DNA of 64,000 nucleotides. Origin: Aeromicrobium sp. (lineage in GTDB: Bacteria > Bacteroidota > Bacteroidia > Flavobacteriales > Flavobacteriaceae). Under the pieces are notes generated by a model. The model was not told the origin of the DNA. It did no database searches and saw only the letters and a program-made list of their open reading frames with translations. The translations under genes and the position numbers were made by a program. The DNA lies in contig CAXPPN010000024.1 in NCBI GenBank assembly GCA_964219345.1, positions 33,554 to 97,553 of the forward strand. The letters run 5' to 3'. Of this stretch, positions 37,458 through 48,535 are shown in pieces (positions within the stretch are counted from its first letter, which is position 1; every line of letters starts with the position of its first letter).

Positions 37458-39410
37458 TTATTCCTCTTCCTCGCTATTTTTTTCTTGAGTTGCTTCTTCT
37501 TTTTTATCGTCAAAAGGTCTTTTTCCAAAAATAGCTTCTAAATTATCTTTAAAGATCACCTCATCTTTTAGCAATACTTCGGCCAACTCAATGAGTTTAT
37601 CTTTGTTTTTTTCAAGTAAATCAATAGCTCGCTGGTATTGCTCTTCTATGATATCTGAAATTTCTTTATCAATAAGCTCAGCAGTTTGTTCACTGTAAGG
37701 TTTCGTAAACCCATATTCATTCTGACCAGAGGAGTCATAATACGTTAGGTTTCCAACTTTGTCACTCAGGCCATAAACAGTTACCATAGCACGTGCTTGT
37801 TTGGTAACTTTTTCCAAATCGCTTAAAGCTCCGGTTGATATTTTATCAAAAATTACTTTTTCTGCGGCTCTACCTCCAAGTGCTGCACACATTTCATCCA
37901 GCATTTGTTCTGGTCGTACAATAAGGCGTTCTTCAGGCAAATACCATGCAGCGCCCAGAGATCGCCCTCTTGGAACAATTGTCACTTTGACTAGTGGAGC
38001 AGCATGTTCTAGCATCCAACTAACTGTGGCATGACCAGCCTCATGAAAGGCAACTGCTTTTTTCTCTTCTGGAGTAATAATTTTATTTTTCTTTTCTAAT
38101 CCTCCGATTATTCGATCTACAGCATCAAGAAAATCCTGTTTTTCAACAGCTTTTTTGTTGTTTCTAGCAGCAATAAGCGCGGCTTCGTTACAGACGTTTG
38201 CAATATCAGCGCCAGAAAATCCTGGAGTTTGTTTTGATAAGAAATCAGTATCTAAATCTTTAGCTTTTTTCAAAGGTTTTAGATGTACTTCAAAAATTTC
38301 TCTACGCTCTCTAATATCGGGTAAATCAACATAGATTTGACGATCAAAACGTCCTGCACGCATCAATGCTTTGTCCAAAACATCTGCTCTGTTTGTAGCG
38401 GCTAGTACTATTACATTTGTGTTGGATCCAAAACCATCCATTTCTGTTAAAAGCTGATTCAATGTATTTTCTCGTTCGTCATTTGAACCAGAGAAATTAC
38501 TTTTTCCGCGAGCGCGACCAATAGCATCAATTTCATCAATAAAAATAATTGAAGGTGATTTTTCTTTGGCTTGCTTAAATAAGTCACGAACTCTAGAAGC
38601 CCCTACACCAACAAACATTTCAACAAAATCTGACCCCGATAGAGAGAAAAATGGTGCTTTTGCTTCACCAGCAACGGCTTTTGCAAGCAAGGTTTTTCCA
38701 GTTCCTGGAGGGCCAACAAGCAATGCGCCTTTTGGTATTTTACCTCCTAAAGCTGTATATTTCTCTGGGTTTTTAAGAAAATCTACAATTTCTTGAACCT
38801 CTTCTTTTGCACCTTCCAATCCTGCTACGTCTTCAAATGTAGTTTTTGTTTCAAGTTTTTCATCAAATAGTTTTGCTTTGGATTTCCCAATATTGAAAAT
38901 CTGTCCGCCTCCACCTGGACCACCTCCGCCAGACATTCTACGCATAATAAAAATCCATATTCCAATGATGAGCACAAATGGAATAATGGACAATAAAAGG
39001 TCTCCAAAAGCATTGGTTTCTGTTCTAAAGTTCAATTCTGTGTCTAAGTCTTGCTCAAGAATAGTGTCTTCCAGTTGTTTTTGAAACAATTGCACATCTC
39101 CAAATTCAAACTTATAATTTGGTGAAGTCCCTATTGGAATAAGATTTTGCGTTTGAGTTTTACTGTGGATTTGTTTTTTTGCTGCTTTATCGTTCAGGTA
39201 AACCAAAGCTTCACGCTTATTTACGATTTCAACTTTTTGAACATCTCCATCTTTAAGAAATTTAAAAAACTTAGATGGTGTTGTGGTGACTCCATTTGAT
39301 GTGCCAAATCCACCTGAAAATATGTTAAATACTAGGAATAAACCAATAACGATTCCATACACCCAATAGGCGTTAAACTTAAAATTCTTTGGATTTTTGT
39401 CTTTTGACAT
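37458..39410 (-). CDS. ftsH: ATP-dependent zinc metalloprotease FtsH
   Basis: Walker A GPPGTGKT, Walker [12 protein letters not shown], and the HEAGH zinc site. Confidence 0.96.
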   Translation of the reverse strand: MSKDKNPKNFKFNAYWVYGIVIGLFLVFNIFSGGFGTSNGVTTTPSKFFKFLKDGDVQKVEIVNKREALVYLNDKAAKKQIHSKTQTQNLIPIGTSPNYKFEFGDVQLFQKQLEDTILEQDLDTELNFRTETNAFGDLLLSIIPFVLIIGIWIFIMRRMSGGGGPGGGGQIFNIGKSKAKLFDEKLETKTTFEDVAGLEGAKEEVQEIVDFLKNPEKYTALGGKIPKGALLVGPPGTGKTLLAKAVAGEAKAPFFSLSGSDFVEMFVGVGASRVRDLFKQAKEKSPSIIFIDEIDAIGRARGKSNFSGSNDERENTLNQLLTEMDGFGSNTNVIVLAATNRADVLDKALMRAGRFDRQIYVDLPDIRERREIFEVHLKPLKKAKDLDTDFLSKQTPGFSGADIANVCNEAALIAARNNKKAVEKQDFLDAVDRIIGGLEKKNKIITPEEKKAVAFHEAGHATVSWMLEHAAPLVKVTIVPRGRSLGAAWYLPEERLIVRPEQMLDEMCAALGGRAAEKVIFDKISTGALSDLEKVTKQARAMVTVYGLSDKVGNLTYYDSSGQNEYGFTKPYSEQTAELIDKEISDIIEEQYQRAIDLLEKNKDKLIELAEVLLKDEVIFKDNLEAIFGKRPFDDKKEEATQEKNSEEEE

Positions 39411-39421
39411 ATAAAAATGTT

Positions 39422-39793
39422 TTAGTAGCTTGTTTCTATTTCAGTAATTTTTGCATCGCCCCAAAGGTTTTCAATGTCATAATATTCTCTTTTATGTTTT
39501 TGAAACACATGAATAACCACATTGATGTAATCCATCAAAATCCACTCTGCGTTTTCTGTTCCTTCTATTTGATAAGGCTTTTCGTGAGCAGCTTTACTGA
39601 CTTTTTTTTGTATCGAATTGACAATCGCATTCACTTGTGTATTAGAATTTCCATCGCAAATAACGAAGTAGTCACATACTGTGTTTTCTATACTTCTTAA
39701 ATCTAATATGCTAATGTTTTGGCCTTTTACATCCTCAATGCCATCAATTATTAAGGCGATGAGTTGGTCTGGGTCAGAAGTGTGTTTTATCAT
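39422..39793 (-). CDS. rsfS: ribosome silencing factor RsfS
   Basis: 123 aa with DYFVICDGNSNTQV and VIHVF motifs. Confidence 0.87.
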   Translation of the reverse strand: MIKHTSDPDQLIALIIDGIEDVKGQNISILDLRSIENTVCDYFVICDGNSNTQVNAIVNSIQKKVSKAAHEKPYQIEGTENAEWILMDYINVVIHVFQKHKREYYDIENLWGDAKITEIETSY

Positions 39794-39885
39794 ATATTCG
39801 AATTACATTGCAAATTTATTATTTTTTTGGGTCTAATTACTTTTTATTCTCTTAATAATATTATAATTTAATTATAAATTTACAC

Positions 39886-40605
39886 ATGCAAATTATCAAA
39901 CTCAATGCCATTGATTCCACAAATCAGTATTTACATGATTTGATTGGTCAAATTTCATTGGAAGATTTTGCTGTTGTAACGGCAAGATATCAAGCAAAAG
40001 GGCGAGGACAAAGAGCAACAATTTGGCAATCTGAAAAAGATAAAAACTTGATAATCAGTATTTTAAAAAAAGAAATTGATTTAAATCCTCAACATCAATT
40101 TTTGCTAAATATTGTTGTTTCCTTAGCCGTTTTTAAGACGCTTCAAGCATTTAAAATTCCTAAACTTTCTATAAAATGGCCAAACGACATTTTGTCACAT
40201 GACAAAAAAATTGGCGGCGTTCTTATTGAACTAATATTAAAAAAAAATACTATTGATAAAGCTATAATTGGAATTGGTTTGAATATTAATCAAACAACGT
40301 TCAAAGATTTACCTTCTGCATCCTCTTTACAAAACATAACTGGTATTCACTACGATTTGGACGAATTGTTGCATAAATTATTGGATAATTTTAAATACTA
40401 TTTTTCCATAAAAAACACTGCTGAACTCTGGACAACATATGAGAGTATACTTTTTAGAAAAGACAAACCTTCTACTTTTGTTAGCCTTAATGGTGATTTA
40501 TTTTCTGGAATAATAAAAGGAGTTTCTCAACGAGGAAAACTGATGGTTAAAACCGAAAATTTTATTGAAGAATTTGATTTAAAATCAATAAAATTGCTGT
40601 ACTAA
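39886..40605 (+). CDS. birA: biotin--[acetyl-CoA-carboxylase] ligase (class I, no HTH domain)
   Basis: GRGQRATIWQS and KWPNDIL motifs; 239 aa. Confidence 0.87.
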   Translation: MQIIKLNAIDSTNQYLHDLIGQISLEDFAVVTARYQAKGRGQRATIWQSEKDKNLIISILKKEIDLNPQHQFLLNIVVSLAVFKTLQAFKIPKLSIKWPNDILSHDKKIGGVLIELILKKNTIDKAIIGIGLNINQTTFKDLPSASSLQNITGIHYDLDELLHKLLDNFKYYFSIKNTAELWTTYESILFRKDKPSTFVSLNGDLFSGIIKGVSQRGKLMVKTENFIEEFDLKSIKLLY

Positions 40606-40997
40606 ACTGCTTTTGGAATATTGACTGCTAGGGTTTCAATAAATTTTGAAATAGGCCCTTTAATCATCATCGCCATCATCGGATTAAAGTCTCCATTAAA
40701 ATTAATTTGAACTTCACTTTCGTTGTCATTAACTGCAGAAATATGGGCTTGAAGCGAGAAATCTAATTTTCCACCTGCTGCACCTAGCCTGATACAATTT
40801 GGCGGATTTTCATCTTCTTTTTGTAAAACAATTTCAGGCATTCCACTTAGTGCAAAAATAAATTTATCATCATCTAGTAATTCAAATTTACTGATATTAT
40901 CAGGCATTAAAGTTTCAAAATTTTTCACATCTGAAAGAAAATCATATACGTTTTCAACAGATTTTGAGACGGTTATTTTTGGTGATTCTAAATTCAT
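40602..40997 (-). CDS. SRPBCC/START-like small protein (function unknown)
   Basis: 131 aa. Assigned from recalled sequence pattern only. Confidence 0.45.
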   Translation of the reverse strand: MNLESPKITVSKSVENVYDFLSDVKNFETLMPDNISKFELLDDDKFIFALSGMPEIVLQKEDENPPNCIRLGAAGGKLDFSLQAHISAVNDNESEVQINFNGDFNPMMAMMIKGPISKFIETLAVNIPKAV

Positions 40998-41009
40998 GAT
41001 TAGGTTTTT

Positions 41010-41648
41010 TTATGACCATTCAGAGGGGTTTGCATTCCACTGAGAAAGCATATTTGATTCTTTTTCATTGATAAAGTTAGTGTCCAAAGCTTGTTCTAGC
41101 AAATTTTCATAATTACTCAACGTGTACAAGTCGAGTTTGTTTTCATCAAAATTCTTTTTGGAAACTTCAAAACCATAACTAAAAATAGCCACCATTCCTT
41201 TGACTGTTGCACCAGCAGATTTTAGAGCATCAACGGCTGCCAAACTGCTTTTTCCAGTACTGATTAAATCTTCAACAACCACTACATTTTGCCCCTTTTC
41301 AAGATGGCCTTCAATTTGGTTTTTTCGGCCATGTTTTTTTGGCTCTGGCCGCACATAAACAAAAGGCAAACCAAGTTCTTCTGCAACCAAAGCGCCTATG
41401 CCAATAGCACCGGTGGCAACCCCTGCAATAACATCAGGTTTTCCGAAAGTATTTTCAAGTTTTTTTGCCATTTCACTTTTGATGTAGTTTCTAATGGCTG
41501 GATATGAAAGTACCATTCTATTGTCGCAATAGATAGGTGATTTCCAGCCAGATGCCCAGTTAAATGGTGTTTTAGGATTTAATTTTATAGCATTAATATG
41601 AAGTAATACTTCAGCGGTTTTTTTGGCGGTATTTTTATCAAAAATCAT
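41010..41648 (-). CDS. pyrE: orotate phosphoribosyltransferase
   Basis: PRPP-binding motif VVVVEDLISTGKS; 212 aa. Confidence 0.92.
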   Translation of the reverse strand: MIFDKNTAKKTAEVLLHINAIKLNPKTPFNWASGWKSPIYCDNRMVLSYPAIRNYIKSEMAKKLENTFGKPDVIAGVATGAIGIGALVAEELGLPFVYVRPEPKKHGRKNQIEGHLEKGQNVVVVEDLISTGKSSLAAVDALKSAGATVKGMVAIFSYGFEVSKKNFDENKLDLYTLSNYENLLEQALDTNFINEKESNMLSQWNANPSEWS

Positions 41649-41707
41649 GTGTCAAAATTATTAAAAAATACTACATTTACTTTAGATTAACTTGTTTTTA
41701 ATTAACA

Positions 41708-42289
41708 ATGCAAAAAATTTTTGTTGGTAATAAACCAATAGTACTGACTACAAAGGTAGAATCTGAATCAGATTTTAAAAATTATTTAATTGATACTGTT
41801 GATATCAACAAGGTACTTCACCATTTAAAAAAAGAAAAATACAAGTCCATTAGATTAATTGGTGATAATGAAGAAGTTTTGCTAAAGAAGTTTTTACGTC
41901 TTCTACCAAATATTGTAGCTGGAGGAGGAAAGGTTGTCAATTCAGACGGCAAAATTTTGTTTATTTTTCGCAATGGAAAATGGGATTTGCCCAAAGGAAA
42001 AGCGGAACAAAAAGAAACTATTGACCAAACTGCACTTCGTGAAGTTGAAGAGGAAACCGGTGTAGAGGGGCTTTCAATTACAAAACCACTCGAAATTACG
42101 TATCATATCTTCAAAAGAAATGAGCAATATTTCATCAAAAAAACCTACTGGTTTGAAATGTTTTCAGATTATATTGGCGATTTTAAACCCCAAAAGAAAG
42201 AGGGGATCACCAAAGTAAAATGGGTAGGTCCAAAAAAACTAAAAAAAGTCAGAAAGAATATTTATGCTAACATCGAAGCACTCATTTAA
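41708..42289 (+). CDS. NUDIX hydrolase
   Basis: Nudix box GKWDLPKGKAEQKETIDQTALREVEEETGV. Confidence 0.8.
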   Translation: MQKIFVGNKPIVLTTKVESESDFKNYLIDTVDINKVLHHLKKEKYKSIRLIGDNEEVLLKKFLRLLPNIVAGGGKVVNSDGKILFIFRNGKWDLPKGKAEQKETIDQTALREVEEETGVEGLSITKPLEITYHIFKRNEQYFIKKTYWFEMFSDYIGDFKPQKKEGITKVKWVGPKKLKKVRKNIYANIEALI

Positions 42290-42360
42290 AAAAGAAATTC
42301 TTCTTTAGTTCTTTCTAATCCTATTTATTGCCTTATTTTTGCCGCTTAATTTTTATTAAG

Positions 42361-43983
42361 ATGAGAGAATTTATTCGCAAGCGTTCGGCAAATGCAAAAA
42401 ATGATATTTTAAGTGGTCTAACTGTGGCTTTGGCTTTGGTGCCAGAAGCTGTTGCTTTTGCATTTGTTGCAGGGGTCGATCCTTTGGTAGGCTTGTATGC
42501 TGCTTTTATGGTTGGTTTAATCACCTCAATTTTTGGTGGACGCCCAGGTATGATTAGTGGTGCTACAGGCGCATTGGCCGTTGTGATGGTAAGTTTGGTT
42601 GCTCAAGGTAATGCCATGGGTGAATTCACAGAAAATTTAGGCTTATATTATTTGTTTTTGACCGTTATTTTGATGGGTTTTATTCAAATTCTTGCTGGTG
42701 TAATGAAATTAGGAAAATTTGTTAGACTGATTCCTCATCCTGTAATGATGGGCTTTGTTAATGGACTTGCCATTGTGATTTTTATTTCTCAATTAGGAAT
42801 GTTTAAAACTGCGGGAGTTGATGGTCTTGTTTGGATGCAAGGTCAAGAACTTTGGACAATGATAGGACTTGTAGCTCTTACAATGGGGATTATGTTTGGA
42901 CTCCCAAAATTGACAAAAAAACTGCCTGAAGCACTCATTGCTATTTTGGTAGTTTCAATGCTTGTTATTTTTGGAAATTTAGATGTAGCCACAGTTGGAA
43001 GTTTTATTAGAGAGGCAGGAGGAGAAGGCCTAAACGGTGGTCTCCCTCAATGTCAAGGGGCTATTTTTGAAGTCATTCCATTCAATTTTGAAACACTACG
43101 TTTTATTGGCCCATATGCTGTGATTCTTGCTGCCATTGGACTTATTGAATCTTTAATGACGCTAAACCTAATTGATGAACTTACAGAAACTCGTGGAAAT
43201 TCCAACAAAGAATGTATCGCTCAAGGCAGCGCCAATGTTGTTACTGGACTTTTTGGCGGAATGGGAGGTTGCGCCATGATTGGACAATCCATTATCAATA
43301 TTAAAGGTGGTGGAAGAGGTCGACTTTCTGGAATTGTAGCTGCTGCCGCCTTATTGGTTTTTATTTTGTTTGCTTCAAATCTTATAGAACAAGTTCCCAT
43401 TGCTGCTCTTGTTGGGGTTATGTTTATGGTGGTTATTGGCACATTTGCATGGTCTAGTTTTAGAATTATGAATAAAATTCCTGTAGCCGATGTCTTTGTT
43501 TTGATTTTAGTATCCACGGTAACCGTATTTTTTGATTTAGCAATTGCTGTAATCTCAGGTGTAATTGTGAGTGCTTTAGTCTTTTCTTGGGAAAATGCAA
43601 AACGTATTCGCGCGCGAAAACGCATTAAACCAGATGGTACAAAAATTTATGAAATATGGGGGCCATTATTCTTTGGTAGCATAACTGCCTTTAACCAAAA
43701 ATTTGATGTCAAAAATGACCCTAATGTTGTAGAAATTGATTTTGTCGAATCTAGAGTTAGTGATCATTCTGCCATTGAAGCGATTTTTAATTTGGTGAAT
43801 AAATATAACAGTGCAGGAAAAACAATCAAACTCAAACATTTAAGTCAAGATTGTAAAGTGCTTTTGTATAAATCTAGTCCACTTTTTAAGGAGGTCATTA
43901 TTGAAGCCATTGATGATCCACGCTATCATTTGGCAGAAAATCCAGAAGCATTTACTAAAGGGCTTTCAGAATATTCGTTATAA
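42361..43983 (+). CDS. SulP family inorganic anion transporter with C-terminal STAS domain
   Basis: Polytopic SulP core (LTVALALVPEAVAFA) and a STAS-like tail. Start moved to MREFIRKRS. Confidence 0.87.
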   Translation: MREFIRKRSANAKNDILSGLTVALALVPEAVAFAFVAGVDPLVGLYAAFMVGLITSIFGGRPGMISGATGALAVVMVSLVAQGNAMGEFTENLGLYYLFLTVILMGFIQILAGVMKLGKFVRLIPHPVMMGFVNGLAIVIFISQLGMFKTAGVDGLVWMQGQELWTMIGLVALTMGIMFGLPKLTKKLPEALIAILVVSMLVIFGNLDVATVGSFIREAGGEGLNGGLPQCQGAIFEVIPFNFETLRFIGPYAVILAAIGLIESLMTLNLIDELTETRGNSNKECIAQGSANVVTGLFGGMGGCAMIGQSIINIKGGGRGRLSGIVAAAALLVFILFASNLIEQVPIAALVGVMFMVVIGTFAWSSFRIMNKIPVADVFVLILVSTVTVFFDLAIAVISGVIVSALVFSWENAKRIRARKRIKPDGTKIYEIWGPLFFGSITAFNQKFDVKNDPNVVEIDFVESRVSDHSAIEAIFNLVNKYNSAGKTIKLKHLSQDCKVLLYKSSPLFKEVIIEAIDDPRYHLAENPEAFTKGLSEYSL

Positions 43984-43984
43984 A

Positions 43985-44440
43985 TTATTTTGAGTAAACT
44001 GCTGGAGGCACCATTTTTTTATAATCTCCATCGTAGTGAATGATTTCACGTACAATTGAAGAAGATATAAAAGAGGTTTCTGCAGAAGTCAGCAGAAAAA
44101 CAGTTTCAATGTCTCCAATATTGCGGTTGGTATGCGCAATAGCTTTTTCAAATTCAAAATCGGCGGGATTTCTTAGACCTCTTAGTATAAAATCGGCATT
44201 AATTTCTTTGCAAAAATCAGTAGTCAAACCTGAATAGGTCATAACTTTAATTTTTGAATGGCCTTCAAATGTTTTTTCAATAAAAGATTTACGTTCTTCC
44301 AATGAAAACATATAGGTTTTGGCCGAATTTTCGCCAATGGCAATAATGATTTCATCAAAAAGAGGAATTCCACGAGTAATAATATCGCAATGCCCCAAAG
44401 TAATGGGGTCAAAAGATCCTGGAAAAATTGCACGTTTCAT
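43985..44440 (-). CDS. coaD: pantetheine-phosphate adenylyltransferase
   Basis: FPGSFDPITLGH and ISSSIVRE motifs. Confidence 0.93.
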   Translation of the reverse strand: MKRAIFPGSFDPITLGHCDIITRGIPLFDEIIIAIGENSAKTYMFSLEERKSFIEKTFEGHSKIKVMTYSGLTTDFCKEINADFILRGLRNPADFEFEKAIAHTNRNIGDIETVFLLTSAETSFISSSIVREIIHYDGDYKKMVPPAVYSK

Positions 44441-44539
44441 GTGTTTATCTTTATTGTTTTTTTGTGGTCACATGGAACATCTATACCATCATTGTTCTAT
44501 TTTAATAATTTTTGGTTACGGATGTTTCATACGGTAAAG

Positions 44540-45523
44540 TTAAGCATTTTTAGCCATTGCTTCTTCAATAGCATTTGTAAACAGCTCTGATAGGCTTATG
44601 CCTGCACAAGCCGCTTGCTGAGGTAGAATACTTTCCTCGGTAAGCCCCGGAATGGTATTCATTTCTAAAAAGTAAGGAATATCACCTTTAAAAATAAATT
44701 CACTTCTAGAAAATCCGTCCATTTTTAGGATCTCATAAATGCTTTTTGCCATTTTTTTCACATTTTCTTCTTGAATTTTAGAAAGACGAGCAGGTGTAAT
44801 TTCTTCTGATTTCCCCAAATATTTAGCCTCGTAATCAAAAAAATCATTTTCTGAAACAATTTCTGTGATGGGCAAAACCAGCACTTCACCTTTGTAGCGA
44901 AGTACACCCACCGAAACTTCCGTTCCGTCCAAAAACGACTCAATAATCAATTCATCGTCATGCTCAAAAGCAATGTCTATTGCCGACTGAAGGTCTTCTA
45001 TTTGATGTACTTTGGTGATGCCAAAACTACTGCCTGCGCGGTTGGCTTTTACAAAACAAGGCAATCCCACACGATCTAATATGGCTTTGGCATTGACGTT
45101 ATCGCCCTTGTTTAGTGGGTATGAAATTGCGGTAGGGATGTCATAGGCCTTGAGTACATTAAGGCAATCTCTTTTGTTGAACGTTAGTGCCGCTTGATAC
45201 ATCCCACAGCTTGTATGTGGGATATCCAATAATTCAAAATACGCTTGCATAAATCCATCTTCGCCAGGCGCCCCATGAATGGCATTAAAAACACAGTCAA
45301 AATGAATGGTTTTACCATCAATAACGATTGAAAAATCGTTTGTGTTTACCAAAAATTCCTTTCCATCAGCTGCAACATACACCCACTTTTCTTTGGAGAT
45401 ATGGATGCAATAGGCCGTATATAGCTGTTTTGGAAGATGTTGAAAAACTACCTGTCCACTTTTTATAGAAATGGCGGCTTCGCTAGAAAACCCACCCATG
45501 ATGATGGCAATGTTTTGTGTCAT
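44540..45523 (-). CDS. ddl: D-alanine--D-alanine ligase
   Basis: ATP-grasp fold with HGAPGEDG, GSSFGI and EMNTIPG motifs. Confidence 0.93.
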   Translation of the reverse strand: MTQNIAIIMGGFSSEAAISIKSGQVVFQHLPKQLYTAYCIHISKEKWVYVAADGKEFLVNTNDFSIVIDGKTIHFDCVFNAIHGAPGEDGFMQAYFELLDIPHTSCGMYQAALTFNKRDCLNVLKAYDIPTAISYPLNKGDNVNAKAILDRVGLPCFVKANRAGSSFGITKVHQIEDLQSAIDIAFEHDDELIIESFLDGTEVSVGVLRYKGEVLVLPITEIVSENDFFDYEAKYLGKSEEITPARLSKIQEENVKKMAKSIYEILKMDGFSRSEFIFKGDIPYFLEMNTIPGLTEESILPQQAACAGISLSELFTNAIEEAMAKNA

Positions 45524-45655
45524 AAATTGAATTTATGCTGTAAAAATATCATTTTTTAGGGATTTCATTTTTTATTTTTAAATAAACTTATACAATCTAA
45601 AATATACGAATCAATTTCTCTCAAAAAAATGTTTAGCTTTGCTAAAATTAGACCC

Positions 45656-46210
45656 ATGAATTTTTTAAAGTTTTTATTTAGTAGATCATTAGTCAGACAA
45701 CTTGGCTTGGCTATTGTGGCTTGTATTATTTTTGCATTTTTAACGCTTAAATGGTTAAAATCCTACACCAACCATGGCGCATTTGTAGAAGTCCCCAATT
45801 TGGTCGGTTTATCTCTAAATGATGCTGAAATTACACTAGATAATTTTGATCTTAGAACACAAGTTCAAGATTCGTCCAACTACAACCCAAAATATCCCTC
45901 GGGAGCTGTAATAGAACAAGAACCATTGGCCGGGGCCAAAGTCAAAGAAAACAGAAAAATATATTTGATTTTAAACCCTTCAGATTATAGAAATGTGCTG
46001 GTGCCCAATGTCATCCGTAATACACTCCGTCAAACACGTCCGACTTTGGAAGCATTGGGCTTTAAAGTAGGCGAATTAATTTATGTGAATGACCTTGGAA
46101 AGGATGAGGTCATTGAACTCCGTTTTAGAGGGCGAAAACTTAATCCAGGTGATATGATTAGAAAAACATCAACCATCGATTTGGTTCTTGGAAATGGCAT
46201 TCGTAGATAA
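45656..46210 (+). CDS. PASTA domain-containing membrane protein
   Basis: TM anchor plus two PASTA-like repeats (VPNLVGLSLNDAE; VPNVIRNTLRQ). Start at MNFLKFLF. Confidence 0.62.
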   Translation: MNFLKFLFSRSLVRQLGLAIVACIIFAFLTLKWLKSYTNHGAFVEVPNLVGLSLNDAEITLDNFDLRTQVQDSSNYNPKYPSGAVIEQEPLAGAKVKENRKIYLILNPSDYRNVLVPNVIRNTLRQTRPTLEALGFKVGELIYVNDLGKDEVIELRFRGRKLNPGDMIRKTSTIDLVLGNGIRR

Positions 46211-47242
46211 ATGGAATATATACCCTCATATTCGGAAGATACAGAAGACCTATTTGAGCATTTTGCTTTTACGGTTGATAAAGGCCAACAACCGCTACGG
46301 ATTGATAAATATTTGATGAATTTTGTTGAAAACGCAACTCGAAACAAGATTCAAGCGGCTGCAAAATCTGGACATATTTTTGTGAATGGTGCTGCTGTAA
46401 AATCAAATTACAAGGTAAAACCAAACGATCAAATTCGTGTATTGTTTGAGCATCCTCCAAACGAGTATTTATTAGTCCCAGAAGATATTCCTTTAGATAT
46501 TATTTATGAAGATGATGCCTTATTGGTAGTGAATAAACCTGCAGGTATGGTAGTACACCCTGGACATGGTAATTATTCTGGAACATTAATTAATGCCCTT
46601 CTTTTTCATTTTGAACATTTGCCCAACAACAGTAGCAATCGTCCTGGACTGGTTCATCGCATCGACAAAGATACAAGTGGGCTTTTGGTTGTTGCTAAAA
46701 CAGAACACGCTATGACGCATTTGTCGGCACAATTTAAAGCCAAAACAAGTGAACGATCATATACTGCCTTGGTGTGGGGTAATATTGAAGAAGACAAAGG
46801 TAGTATAGATGGAAATATAGGTCGCCACCCCAAAAACAGACTTCAAAATACGGTTTTTGAAGGCGATGAAGCCGATAAAGGAAAACCTGCGATTACTCAT
46901 TTTGAGGTTTTGGAACGTTTGGGTTATGTTACTCTTGTACGATGCAAACTTGAAACAGGTCGTACTCACCAAATTCGGGTACACATGAAACACATTGGCC
47001 ATACATTGTTTAATGATGAACGCTATGGCGGCGAAAAAATATTGAAAGGTACCACCTTTACCAAATACAAACAATTTGTAGACAATTGTTTTAAAATTTT
47101 GCCACGCCAAGCATTACATGCCAAAACTCTGGGTTTTGTTCATCCAAAAACAGAAGCATTTATGTCGTTTTCTTGTGATTTGCCCTCTGATATAGAACAC
47201 TGCATTCAAAAATGGCGCGACTATGCCAAACACGTTCAATAG
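46211..47242 (+). CDS. rluD: RluA-family 23S rRNA pseudouridine synthase (RluD-like)
   Basis: S4 domain, catalytic HRIDKDTSGLL, and TGRTHQIRVH. Confidence 0.9.
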   Translation: MEYIPSYSEDTEDLFEHFAFTVDKGQQPLRIDKYLMNFVENATRNKIQAAAKSGHIFVNGAAVKSNYKVKPNDQIRVLFEHPPNEYLLVPEDIPLDIIYEDDALLVVNKPAGMVVHPGHGNYSGTLINALLFHFEHLPNNSSNRPGLVHRIDKDTSGLLVVAKTEHAMTHLSAQFKAKTSERSYTALVWGNIEEDKGSIDGNIGRHPKNRLQNTVFEGDEADKGKPAITHFEVLERLGYVTLVRCKLETGRTHQIRVHMKHIGHTLFNDERYGGEKILKGTTFTKYKQFVDNCFKILPRQALHAKTLGFVHPKTEAFMSFSCDLPSDIEHCIQKWRDYAKHVQ

Positions 47243-47346
47243 AGTGTACCATTTGTTTTGTTGATGATTGTATCAATAAGATTGAGTTCTAGGGTTTTTA
47301 TCTTCTAAAATTTGTTGTTATTTTTGAAAGACAAACATTATGCGCT

Positions 47347-48105
47347 ATGAAACTTGTTATTTCTCCAGCCAAATCTTTAAATTATGAAAGTGAATTACCT
47401 ACTGGTTTTAACTCCAAAAGTTGTTTTTTGGAAGAAGCCAAACACTTGAATGGACTTTTAAAAAAGAAATCGCCAAAGGCACTTTCTGATTTGATGCATA
47501 TTTCAGAAAAACTTGGAGAACTCAATTATAATCGTAATCAAGAGTGGTCTTTGCCATTCACCCCCAACAATGCTCGTCAGGCCATTTATGCGTTTAGTGG
47601 TGATGTGTATAAAGGTATAGATGCTTATTCCATTTCAGAAGAAAAATTAGATATTTTACAACATACTGTTCGTGTTATTTCGGGGCTTTATGGTTTGCTA
47701 AAACCAATGGATTTGATTCAACCTTATCGTTTGGAAATGGGAACAAAATTCCCTGTTGGAAAGCACAAAAACTTGTATGAATTTTGGCGTCAAAAAGTTA
47801 CAACTGCACTGAATGATGAAATGCAAGACGGCGAATTGTTAGTTAATCTTGCCAGTCAAGAATATTTTAAAGCTATTGATACCAAAGTTTTAAAATCGCC
47901 CTTAGTTCATGTAGATTTTAAAGAATACAAAAATGGCCAATATAAAACCATTGCTATTTTTTCAAAACTAGCACGTGGACTAATGACCCGTCATATTGTA
48001 GAAACCAATGCACAAACGGTAGATGATCTCAAAACATTTAACGCAGAGCGTTATGCTTTTGATGCCAATTTATCCACAGAAAATAAATTGGTATTTACAC
48101 GCTAA
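47347..48105 (+). CDS. yaaA: peroxide stress protein YaaA (DUF328)
   Basis: MKLVISPAKSLN and YRLEMG motifs. Confidence 0.87.
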   Translation: MKLVISPAKSLNYESELPTGFNSKSCFLEEAKHLNGLLKKKSPKALSDLMHISEKLGELNYNRNQEWSLPFTPNNARQAIYAFSGDVYKGIDAYSISEEKLDILQHTVRVISGLYGLLKPMDLIQPYRLEMGTKFPVGKHKNLYEFWRQKVTTALNDEMQDGELLVNLASQEYFKAIDTKVLKSPLVHVDFKEYKNGQYKTIAIFSKLARGLMTRHIVETNAQTVDDLKTFNAERYAFDANLSTENKLVFTR

Positions 48106-48524
48106 GGTTTAAAGCGAATTGGTACTTCAAATTGATGTGATTCTCCAGCTTCATCACCACTTCCATCTCCTTGATTGTTATGGATAATTAGTGTTCCTTT
48201 TTCTACTTCTTTTGCATCAAATACTATAGTTGTTTTAAATTGTACAGGTCCAGACTTCATCCATTCTTCAGTAGCTGACATAATGCCGTAGGCCATTTCT
48301 TTTCCATCAGAATCGATGAGTTGAATAATTCCCAATTCACCTTCATGTGCACTCCAAACCCCAATAGAGTTTATATTTATCGTTAAAGGTGAAGTTATAA
48401 AATCATATGGATTTACACTGATTGTTGGCCGCAACGGGGTATTGGTTTTACAATTGAAAATAAAGGAAAAAATATGAGAATAAATAGTTTTAATTTCATA
48501 GTAATATGATTTGGGTTGCCTCAA
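48102..48524 (-). CDS. Gmad2 Ig-like domain lipoprotein, probable frameshift in the signal peptide
   Basis: The body resembles the Gmad2 Ig-like domain by recall. The track start is a TTG with a poor leader. An ATG at 48499 in another frame encodes MKLKLFILIFF and joins the main frame if the T6 run (48467-48472) were T7. Confidence 0.55.
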   Translation of the reverse strand: MRQPKSYYYEIKTIYSHIFSFIFNCKTNTPLRPTISVNPYDFITSPLTININSIGVWSAHEGELGIIQLIDSDGKEMAYGIMSATEEWMKSGPVQFKTTIVFDAKEVEKGTLIIHNNQGDGSGDEAGESHQFEVPIRFKP

Positions 48525-48535
48525 AATTACTAAAA

